Origin: Eledone cirrhosa
Taxonomy: Eukaryota
Direction: 5' to 3'
Length of the DNA: 64,000 nucleotides
NCBI GenBank assembly: GCA_964016885.1
Contig: OZ024742.1
Coordinates: 55,118,001 to 55,182,000, forward strand
Positions 38,825 to 51,399 of this stretch are shown in pieces. Below the pieces are notes generated by a model, which saw only the letters and a list, made by a program, of their open reading frames with translations, did no database searches and had not been told where the DNA came from. Position numbers and translations under genes: made by a program. How positions within the stretch are numbered: position 1 is the stretch's first letter; every line of letters starts with the position of its first letter.

Positions 38825-41800
38825 CCCGGTGACCAAGAAATACCGGGATTGCGGTCGGCGGAGTATAGCCGTGTCTCTAGGGGAGGACGATCCCTCTAGT
38901 CTTGGTTGACACTCGTCCTAGAAGTGGTAACACGAAATGAATACCCCTTAGCGGATAAGAATAAAACGCGAAAAAATAAAGTAAATGTCTAATGATAAAA
39001 TCTCATACTGGATCGGCGTCACCCTTGTCAAAAAGTGCTGCGTCCCTCAGAGAGGAACCAGACTGGGGTCGAAAAATCAGCTAATGGTTCAAACCTTCCC
39101 ATCACTTCGCAGCTGGAGACCTCCCATAACTGGAATACTCCTACTGTTGGCCCTCCATGCTCACCACCAAGAAATCCAAAGAAAAAGAGAGAAAAATAGT
39201 CAAGGGAAGATAATAAAGATGTCCTTGAGGCTTTCTACACTGCCATGTAGTACCCATCAAATACATCGAATACAGAACAGACATATATCAACTGGAAAAA
39301 GAAACATGCCGAAAACAGAGGCTATATTGACAGTAACGAACTAGACAATATACGAAGAAATATTGTAAAAAAAAATTACTAACTGATATAGAAATTGATC
39401 AGATCAAGCTATTAGCACAAAGTCAGCGAAGGGAAAATGAAACACGTGTCAGTGAAAACGAGGTAAATTGTAACACTTCGAATCCCAGGGTTGGGGCGAA
39501 ATCACTGACAACAGAACAAATTAAAGAAAGGATCGAAAAAGTGGAGGGATTGCATGCTCAAGATGAAACTCAAAATGAAAGAATCTGACATGGGGGAACG
39601 AGACACCCTCCCTAAGATCCAGAACTCCAAACAGAACCAAAAGATAATACACAAGACTAACATAATTCTCAAAAACATTATCATCACAAACAAACTAAAC
39701 ATTACTGATTTAAATCATCTCTATTATGCATCGACTAAAGTCACCACTCACTTATGTGGAGTGAAAATGAAAAAACAAAGGAATTCCCACAAGAAATCTA
39801 CTTTGCAAGAGAACATGAATCGCCAAATAAACCTTCTCCGATCTGACATAGAAATTTTAACAAACTATAAAGTAGGTGAACAAGTTAAACAAACTAAATT
39901 TAGAAAATTGAAAAGAAAGTACAGTATAAAATCAACAAGTGACATAGACATGCTGATAGAAATAATCAAGCAAAAAGTGTCGGCCAAAGCTGCTCGTATA
40001 AGGCGCTTTGAAAAACGATCTAGATCTATAAGGACAATAATATGTTCAAAAACAACCAAAGAAACTTCTACAGAAAAATTGGTAAGTCAACAATAACAGC
40101 TAAATCAATACCACCAAAGGAGGAAGTGCAAGAATTCTGGGAAAAGATCTGCACCGAAGAAAAAGCTCATAATATACATGCCCCATGGATAGACAGACAT
40201 GAAAGATACAGCTCACCTTGAGGAACAAATATGGGAAAATATAACAGTTGAACAGTTGCGTTTGGCTCTAAGAAAAACCAGCAAATGGAAATCCCCAGGA
40301 AAAGACAAAATACAAAATGTTTGGATAAATGCCTTCACAGAGTCTCATGAGCTGTTAGCCCAACTTTACAATGAAATAGTTAAGGAGCCAGAAAAGATAC
40401 CATCATGGCTAGTTAACGGCATTACATTCCTGCTTCCGAAGAATGATGAGACAAACAATCCCCAAAATTACAGACCGATAACTTGCTTGACCACAATGTA
40501 TACAATTTTAACATCAGTACTAACTGAATATACATATGACCACCTGATAACAAATTACCTATTTCCCATTGAGCAGAAAGGGTGTAAACGAGGCTCATAT
40601 GGCTGTAAGGATCAGCTTTTGGTTAACAAAACGATACTGGAAGATTGTCATGATAGACACAAAAATCTATCAATTGCTTGGATAGATTATAAAAAAGCAT
40701 TCGATAGTTTGCCACACACTTGGATTGAAAAATGTTTAGAGATTTTCAAATAATCTCCCGTTGTCAGGAGGTTTTTGTCATTCAGTATGAAGACATGGAA
40801 AACGACAGTCCTTTTGAATAGTGAAACAAAATCACTGGAAGCTGGAGAAGTTAATATTAATTGTGGAATTTTTCAGCGTGACTCTTTATCACCGCTTTTA
40901 TTCTGCATCGCATTTATACCATTAAGTAAAATACTCACTGAAATAAAACATGGATATAAAGTCTATGACAAAACCATTAATCACTTGTTCTACATGGATG
41001 ACCTGAAACTATTTGCAAAAAATGATGAACAATTGCAAGGGCTATTATCCACTGCGGAGCAGTTCAGTGATGACATTAAAATGGAGTTTGCCAAAGCAAC
41101 GTTCACCCTAGGAAAGCTGCTGAAAAGTTCAGACAGTAATCTTGATCGGGGGAATGTGATAAGAGAACTTGATCAAGAGAAACTTACAAATATATAGGTG
41201 TTTGTGAAGGAGACGGAATCAAGCACTCGACAATGAGGGAAAGGATTAGGAAGGAATGTTACCGCAGAGTAAGAGCAATCTTAAGAACAGAATTGAATGC
41301 AAGGAATAGGATCGATGCCATAAACACGCTTGCCATACCAGTAGTAACCTACAGTTACAATGTCATCAACTGGTCAAGCACAGAGATCCGTAGGCTCGAT
41401 ACAAAAATTAGAAAATTCTTAACCATGCACAGAATGCATCACCCTAAGGCAGATACAGATAGAATATATCTCCCTAGGAAAGAAGGAGGACGTGGGCTAA
41501 TCCAGTTAGACATTGCGTTGAAAACTGCAACAATTGGATTATCTACATATCTAAGGGAATCACATGATTGGATGATCAAACTCGTTTTGAAACACGAAAG
41601 CATCAAAAGATCATACTACATTACGAAAGATGCACAAAGATACAGTAATGGACTACAAATTTCAGATGTCCCATTTACTGCTGAAATGGAAAACACATTA
41701 CTGGTACCTCGGCGGGATTTGAACTCAGACTGTAAAGGACTTTAAAAAGAGGGTTTGCCTGCTAATTGATATGTCCGTTCCAATAGACAAGAATGTATCT

Positions 41801-42172
41801 ATAATAACATTTGAAAAATTGAGCAAGTATAAGGACCTGGGGATAGAAATTGGAAAAATGTGTAAATTGAGAACTAAAACAATACCAGTGGTTGTAGGCA
41901 CTCAAGGAATGATACCTACGGGGTCTAATGATTACTTATCGCAAATCCCAGGAAACCCGCGTATAGGAGAAATACAAAAGATAGTACTAATGGTAACTGC
42001 CCTTATACTAAGGAAGATGCTGTCAATATAAGTACATCACAAGTCTAAACACCTAAAGATGCATGTGTGAGTATGTATGTTCTTTCTTGAACATGGCGGA
42101 CCTTGTTGTCTCTTGAGGTCACTGGTTGTGACTTGGTGATAACTCGTATGAACATAAAGCAAGATAAATGCA
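38825..42172 (+). mobile_element. Family B degenerate near-full copy with an internal deletion
   Basis: Fragmented ORFs 39554-42031. About 530 bp (CCHC and the REL PD motif) are replaced by SINE sequence at 41696-41738. (TAA)n tail. Confidence 0.9.
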
Positions 42173-42200
42173 GCTGTAATAATAATAATAATAATAATAA

Positions 42201-43518
42201 TGATTTCTTTATTTGTCAGAAGTACTGATATCAAATAAAACATTACAGACAGCACAGGCCGGTACGATGTGGGTTTTGTTCGTGTAAAATTTTTGATTAT
42301 TTATATAAGAAAAGAAAAAGAAAAAGACATAGAAACATATATATATATATGAACAATAAAAATGAAAATTGAAACAATGAAAATTTCCCCAATAGGGGGG
42401 AAACTTCCGAGGGTTACTCGTGGCGAAAACCACACAAAAGACCACGGCCACCCTGACCGCCAGGGCAAGCGCCCTCTCTCAATTTTTCCATTGCTCAAGC
42501 TACAGGCGTATATTCAGAGCTGTCCCGTTCACTCGGACCATTCTCGCTATATTTCAGCCACCTTTCAACAAACTTGCTAGAAGGCAGCACTTACCTGTCC
42601 ACCCTGATTTTACTCTTCAAGTGAAACTTGAAAAAGTTAATTAGGGATTCGCCGAAGGGGAAAGTGTCTGTCTTTAACCTTTTCAACCTTCTCCACCACA
42701 CAATCTCTTTCGCCAAGGCCACCAGGCAGATGAAAACAGCCTGCCCTTCCCCCCCGAAGGAAGACGGTGACACCATCTGCACAATGGACTCAGTCGATAA
42801 CCGGATCAGTCCTACACGCGACAGCAACTGTTCGACATAGCTCCACATGTCAGCAATGCTCGGGCACTGAACGAGTGCGTGCACGACGGTTTCGTCGCTC
42901 CGCGCGCATCTCGAACAGGCTTGGCTGACAGCACTTCCGTGCCTGTAGAGCTTATCTCGAACCGGCAACGCTCCCCGGTAGAGACTGCCAAGCCAGGGAT
43001 TTTTGGAAGTTATCCATAGACCCTGAGCTGAACGTTCTCCGGAAGAGATCAAACAGCTGATCTTCTTCGACGCCCAGGATCTCTCCGAGAACGTCGTCGT
43101 TCTTCCTCTCCACTAGTCCTCTATAGAACGCCGAGGTGGATGTTCCACCTATACTGGTGCCCAGCTGGCAGAGGGCAGTGAGCGCCTGGAGACATTCCAG
43201 TTTCCAAGCGCTATCCCTCGGTCTTTTCCTGACCCAGGACTGCAACTCCGTTAAGGAGACGAGCTGTGGGAAAACGTGCCTGGCGAACGGCGACCACACC
43301 TTTTCACCGTCAATGAAGCACCAGATATGTCGCAGCCTCGGCGCATGTTTGCGCATCATCAGCTATGGCATGCCCAGTCCTCCACGCAACGGGTGTTGAC
43401 AGCAGATGGATCGTCTGACCATGGGAGCGAGTCCCTTCCACAAAAAGCTGAAGAGGAGGAGCTCCATTTTGGTGAGAGTTGAGCCGGGGCAAGGGACGAC
43501 GGTGAGGCGGTAGCAGAT
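42201..43518 (-). mobile_element. L1/Tx1-like LINE 3' part
   Basis: ORFs 42591-43052 (LPVRDKLYRHG...CSRC...HALVQC) and 42952-43359 are homologous to 1630-2660. Confidence 0.88.
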
Positions 43519-43530
43519 AATAATTATAAT

Positions 43531-43930
43531 AATGGTTTCTTTATTTGCCACAAGGGCTAACATGAAGAAAAACATTACTGACGGGACATAACGGTACAGG
43601 ACGATACAAAGTGGGTTTTGACCGTGTAAAAAGGTTATAACAAGAAGATAGAAATGTGTAAATAAACAAATTCAAAAAATTCAAACAACAAAAATTACCC
43701 AAAAGGGGGGAAACCTTTGAGGGTCACTTTGTGGTGAAAACCACACTAAAGATAACGGCCACACTGACCACCAGTGTAAACGCCCTCTCTCAGTTCTCCC
43801 ACTCCTCAGTCTACAGGCGCATACTCAGAACAGTCCCGTTCACTCGGACCAGACTCACCACTTTCACCAACCGTTCAACAAACTTACTAGAAGACAGCAT
43901 TTGCCTCTCCACCCTGATTTTCCATTTCAT
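43531..43930 (-). mobile_element. L1/Tx1-like LINE short 3' fragment
   Basis: KIRVERQMLSSSKFVER...VRVNG plus 3' UTR and (ATT)n tail. Confidence 0.8.
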
Positions 43931-44187
43931 AATTATAATAATAATAATAGGACGATGTGTTAGATCTTCATTACATTTATTGAGCTTGATGCGCGTTTCG
44001 CAATTGATCAGCTCAAGGCTCAAACCGTATCGATCGGGCCCGACTCTAGAATCAAAAGCTCGTCGGACTTCTGTTATGGTAATGAAATGGTGAACCTAGA
44101 GTAACTGGATACTACAATCCCTAAACTATATATATATACAGAGTGAGAGAGAGAGAGAGAGAACGAAAGATAGATAGATATATAGAT

Positions 44188-44257
<70 letters not shown>

Positions 44258-44789
44258 TGGTGGAATTATTGCAATTCGTGCAGGCTACACACGCCGGCTA
44301 TAACTGTATTTACTCTGTGGAAATTACTAATACATATGTGTATGAACGATAATTCAAATTGGGAGAGATGGATAGATATATAGATAAAGATATGTGATGC
44401 TCGTGAGAATGAGCAGTGAATACCTTAGTAACATTAAATAGCCATGTTAAGTTTGAGTCAATAACTTGTAAAACTGAAGTTTCGTCTGCCTGTCCACAAG
44501 GCCATCCGATAGTCATGACCATCTAATGACTGTGAACATAGACGCAGAACCTCAGTATAACAGGTCACTGAATCGAATAAAGCTATATATATATATATTG
44601 ATAAAAGCGATCAAGTTTCGTTCACATGTATTTATTGTTTTTTTATTATTTGTATCGACCATACGCGCATTTCTTAGAGATTTGGCTCTGGGTCACCCAT
44701 AGAAGTTATAAACCTGATTCCATTATTGATCTGCTCTTTAGACAGTTGATCCGAGAAAGAAGTCACTATATTTTCCCGATGGATTGCCA

Positions 44790-44873
44790 GTCTGAAGAGC
44801 AGATCAATAATGGAGTCGGTTCTTTTCCTTCTATGGGTGAATCTGATCTAATCCACTGCGAAACGCGCGTAAC
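44790..44873 (+). ncRNA. Hammerhead motif with a long stem II insert; degenerate inverted twin at ~44655-44745
   Basis: gt-CTGAAGA-gcag...ctgc-GAAA-cgcgcg-TA-ac. Confidence 0.6.
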
Positions 44874-45104
44874 ATCGATAAACATAAAGAAACTAAATAT
44901 ATATATATATGCGCAACCGGTAAAAACTTAAAACCAAAACTGAATACTAACCAATACTATTACTAATTTTTACTTATTCCTAATTAAACTATTTTTCACT
45001 GGGAACAATTTGTCAGCATTTTCTTTTCCTATTACAAATATATCATAACTCGTGTGTTACACCTCTATTCTTTTATATATATATATATGGAGGAGGTTAT
45101 AGTT

Positions 45105-45200
<96 letters not shown>

Positions 45201-45307
45201 TATGTGTGTGAGTATGTGATAATACTTAATAATACTTAATACCGAAGTAGAATTTAAATATTCATTTAATGGCTAATTGGTGAAACTCCAGATCAACAAG
45301 GTTCTCC

Positions 45308-45371
<64 letters not shown>

Positions 45372-45436
45372 CAAATTATAAACGTAAACATGTAAGTATG
45401 TTTTTGAAACGGTGCGCGAGTTTGAAATTAGAAATC

Positions 45437-45805
<369 letters not shown>

Positions 45806-45839
45806 AAGTGGACTGCATTTAACTATTATTTGTTACCCC

Positions 45840-45889
<50 letters not shown>

Positions 45890-45965
45890 CGAAGGAAATG
45901 TGGTAAGGAACCAGGTGGACCATAACGCACCAAAGTACTCAATACTTGAAGTAGTAGAGTGGGTA

Positions 45966-46066
45966 ATAGGAACCAGTAAGACCCCGACAGCTGAGCTCAA
46001 GCCGTTTCGACGGCTAATTCTAGCCGTCGAAACGGCTTGAGCTCAGCTGTCGGGGTCTTACTGGTT

Positions 46067-46071
<5 letters not shown>
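45966..46071. repeat. Perfect palindrome, 51-bp arms, made of a hammerhead 3' half
   Basis: ...gacggcta attc tagccgtc GAAA cggc...; the arm matches 17045-17080. Confidence 0.9.
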
Positions 46072-46129
<58 letters not shown>

Positions 46130-46132
46130 CTT

Positions 46133-46209
<77 letters not shown>

Positions 46210-46819
46210 CTTTATATGTGTATGTGTATGAATGACTTCTAATATGATATAGAATTAAATATACATTCTTTTATTGGCAATATTCCAGGTAATTCCTACC
46301 TTTATATATACTACATGAATTAAACAGCTGCAGTCTCTTACTTCATCTAGAAAACTTCAAATAACATACCCATGGTTTTACACAGTGTATATATTTCTTG
46401 CCAATATATTTAAACTTTAAACCCCCTATACCTTTTTATCGCAAGCATTAAAAAGTTTTGATGTGATATAATGACCTGTTAACCTTCGTATTCAATGGCT
46501 AATTTCCATTGTTTGGTATTAGAGACTACCTAGATTTCCAGCGACCATCTTTTAAAAAATGATAGTAATTCAGGAAAGAAACATTAACATTCCCTACTGT
46601 TTATATCAGCTCATTTCATCATATAATCTACTCAATTATTCATAAACGTGTTATTCTTTTCACCGCCTTAAGCCACATAGTCTTTGATGTAAGACATGAC
46701 TTTTGTAGTATTTATGTCAATTGGCACAGTACATCTCTTTCAGATATGTAATACCTGAATAATGTGAATGAAAGAAGCAATTTGTAGATACAAAGTTGAG
46801 AAACTTGCAAAGTTAGGTG

Positions 46820-46888
<69 letters not shown>

Positions 46889-46939
46889 GTGCATGTATAT
46901 GCAAACACACTCACACATATATATATAACTATATATATA

Positions 46940-47053
<114 letters not shown>

Positions 47054-47195
47054 AGTATACGTACATACATATATGTGTACAGACGTACAGTAGTATGTAT
47101 ATATATACATACATGCACACATATATATATATATACGTACGTGTTTACCGAACATTTATTATAATTTTCGGTTTGTTTGTAAACGTTCATTTATA

Positions 47196-47237
<42 letters not shown>

Positions 47238-47415
47238 CAGTTCAAGAGTAACCAATCTTAAAGAGAGAGATAGAGAAAGAAGAGGAGATAGGAGAGGAAA
47301 AATTGGTGAATTAGTTAGAAGCCAAAGCGTAAAGGCATGTGCTCAATGTGCAATATGCAGTAGAAAGCAGATAGGTGGCTGGGTTCATGCAGAAGTTAGG
47401 CGTGCAGAGCTGGAA

Positions 47416-50400
47416 ATATTCATTAGTTAAGCAAAACAAGGCCACAAATTTTATAAGGAAGACATTATTAAAAGATTGTCAGCATATTTTAGTTTGATGT
47501 AAGGAATGTAGAGAATAATAATAATAATATTAATAATAATAATTGTTTCTACTATTAGCACAAGGTCAAAAATTACCCACTACATTACTGGTACTTTATT
47601 TTATCGACCCCGTAAGGATGAAAGGCAAAGTTAACCTCGGTGGGATTTGATCTCAGAATAAAAAAAATTAAATATAGCCACCTCTTACATGTTATGTCTG
47701 ACAAAACTAAAAAATCTATACACCATGACTCCTGAAACGTGCAACTCTTTCCTTCTTAAAGAACTTAATAAAAACTATAAAAAACCTATACCCTCTGGTG
47801 TAAACGTACTTAACCGAAAAGCCCAGGATTTGGTTAAGGACTTGCATCTGAATAGATTTACCCACCCTTATGTACCAACAACCCACGGGTCTCTCTCACG
47901 GATCAATAAGCCAAACTTTATAGAGAACCCATCTATTATACTTACAAGCCCAACCACATCCGACCTGGGTCGTATCAGTAAGAGCATCCTTGATAGGATA
48001 ATCCCTGGGCTACGGGATGACATCACCTACAAGTCGTGGTCCAACACCGGCCATGTCATTAGATGGTTCTCCGATCTAAGGTCCAAGCAATCTATGAGGT
48101 TCATCCAATTTGACATCGACAGATATTACGCTTCAATAACCCCGGAACTGCTCAACAAAGCATTAACCCTTGCCAGCACCAACTCGGACATAATCAATAA
48201 TGAGATTAACATCATACTTATGGCTAGGCAGACCATCATTGAATTCAACGGAGCACTCTGGACTAGAAAGGATAGAACAGACAATTTTGACATCACGAGG
48301 GGCTCAAGTTGGAATTTACCTATTACACAACATCAGAGCTGAAATCCAACCCTTGCAAGGCGGAATATACAGGGAGGACACTCTATTTGCAGTCCACAAT
48401 TGCACTAATCGGGGCATTGATTTCCTAAAAAAATTATTACATAGATTCTTTAAAAATAACGGTCTTTCTATTACCATCGAGCCGAACCATAATGTAGTAA
48501 ACTTCCTAGACGTCACCCTGGATCTCAACAATAACCTATATTACCCTTACCATAAACCAGGTGAAATACTCACATATATTAGCCCACACTCTAACCACCC
48601 ACCGGCAGTCATCAGAGCAGTAATCAAATCTATCTCATATAGGATCTCCATGCTATCAGCAAATGAGGAGATATTTATAAACCATGCACAATATTATAAT
48701 AAGGCTCTTTCTGAATCTGGTTATGAACAATCCATTTACTACATACCTAAATGCCATAACACAGTAATTCACCATTTATAAGCGTAACACTAGAACTAGA
48801 AATACCTGAGCATATAGACAGATTCGCCGAAATTTTAGCAGTAACAGCACCTACACAAGGAAGTTTAATGGTGGCAACGGCCTGCTCCCCACTCCAAGTA
48901 GCAAACTAAAAACTAAAACCCTAGAATAGGAATGAGAAATGGGATGACAAATAACACATCCCCAGGTAATAATAACCCTAGAAAGGCCCCTACTAACTCC
49001 ACTAGATGCCCTAGAAGGAATAGACCTAGAAATATCACCTGGCTTATCACCCCATTCTCATCTAATCTAGCCACTAATATCCCTAAACGCTTCTTCTCTA
49101 TCCTATCTAAACATTGCCCCCAACCATAGATATTACTAACTCTTTAATAAAAATAACATTAAAATCTCATTCTCCACAACACCTAACCTAGCTAGCCACA
49201 TCGCATTCAGTAACCATCATAACTAAGACAGTATAACTACCACACGGCGGTACCACCACCCCTATGAAATACACCACGCCACTACACCAATAATTACTCT
49301 AGTAGCTCACCTCCCCCATCCAATCCTTCTAGCACTGACCAACCGCTTAGGTTAAACTACCCTACTCTCACTAACCGCAGAAGCAACTGCAACTGCCGTT
49401 ACCCTAATGCATGCCCATTAAATGGACACTGCCTGACACCCAACATAGTCTATAGGTGCACGGTTAAAACTGCTTTGAATACCAGTTCTTATATCGGGTC
49501 TACCTCTAACTCTTTTAAGGTACGCTATAACGCACACTCTTTTTCCTTCCGAGACCCTAGCAACAGATGTTCGACATCTCTAGCTAGGCTCATTAAAAAC
49601 CTTAAATTAAGCAACATTGAACACTCACTCAAATGGGATATCGTAGCTAGGGCCCAACCCTTCAATGGACGAAGAAAATCTTGTGATCTCTGTATTACCG
49701 AAGCATATTACATAACTCTATCACGACCTCTACCGATTAACGATAGAACGGAGGTAACTATTAGCTGTCAACATCGAAGGGCTAATTCCTTCGCCAAGAG
49801 AATATTTGACCCAACATAGTCATCTAGCCCCATTTTCACTTGTAGCTAATAAGTTAAATAGCTATAACTAACTTACATAATTATAAGTTACCTCCCCTAC
49901 ATTGTCTCTCAATTAAAAAAATTTAAAAATTAGCACTTAACTATAAACTACCCACAATTTCTAATATCTTGAGGAGTTACTTCCCCTGAAAACACCCTCT
50001 AATTAGTAAGGTAAATATGTCCTGTGGCGGCCATCTTGTTACCCATAGGCAGATCTCACACAATGCAGCCTCGACAGATGAATACTGCTTGATTATGGCT
50101 GACAACTGATTCAACTAGGACACCATAGTGAAACACCAATATATGGAACACTACATTATGTAACATTCTCTCCTTATTTTAATTTATATTCCTTTGAAGT
50201 TCCCATGAGCCGCTCTGTTTTTAAATGTGTTAATTATTTTCAACTGAACCAGATCAATAATGATATATAGTGATCTGATCCAGAAATATTTTATGGAGTA
50301 GCGAAACAATTGTAAACGGACATTATTTGGTGGATTGGCAGTATCGGTAGAGGGTCGGACGCCATGCTTTGACGCATAGAGTTACGGCCCTTGCCATTCT

Positions 50401-50636
50401 GAGTTCAAATCCCGCCGAGGTTAACTTTGCCTTTCATTCTTACGGGGTCGATAAAATAAAGTACCAGTAATGTACTGGGTAATTGCTGGCCTTGTGCCAA
50501 AAATAGAAACAATTATTATTAATATTATTATTATTATTCTCTACATTCCTTAAATCAAACTAAAATATGCTGACAATCTTTTAATAATGTCTTCCTTATG
50601 AAATTTGTGGCCTTGTTTTGCTTAACTAATGAATAT
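47416..50636 (+). mobile_element. Degenerate Penelope-like element (RT + GIY-YIG) bracketed by ~244-bp inverted repeats that include a SINE
   Basis: SDLGRISKSILD, FIQFDIDRYYASI, GGIYREDTL, VNFLDVTLDL, NCNCR...CPLNGHCL...YIGST...FKVRYNAH...CDLCITE. 47416-47659 is the reverse complement of 50396-50636. Confidence 0.88.
50328..50537 (+). mobile_element. tRNA-derived SINE, full length (truncated inverted twin at 47517-47659)
   Basis: A/B boxes, central block and (ATT)n tail. Confidence 0.85.
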
Positions 50637-51090
50637 ATATATATATGAACATTCGTGTGGATGGATATATATATTTATATATTCTAATTATCTATGAATG
50701 GTTTAGCATTTTCTAATCAGCTATGTTATACTATTATTCACTTGTACACTGTACGTCGTACAGCTAACTACTTAGAATTTGGTTGTTATTCAATGTTTCC
50801 TTTAGTAGAAAGCTGCAACTAGAAGTATAACATATAATTGCACATCGTCTCATATTTGATAATTGGTCTGATATAATATACGCTCCTAGTTAAGATATTT
50901 GATTGCATATAGAAATGATTCTATGTGGGGAGTAGATTGAAATTGTAACATATCGTGCGAAAGATACACGGGAAGCTTACAAATTACAGACTTCAGATCG
51001 AGTTTCCTATGCAGCTGTTATACACATATTTAGTTATAGTTTGAATAATTAATACATACAAACAACGAAATAATTAAATTAAATAATTAA

Positions 51091-51386
<296 letters not shown>

Positions 51387-51399
51387 ATATATATATTAT

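Noticed and set aside
43975-44022. Hammerhead-like GAAA-cgcgca-TC on the minus strand
   Set aside because: The core reads CTGATCA and stem II is unclear; too degenerate to call.
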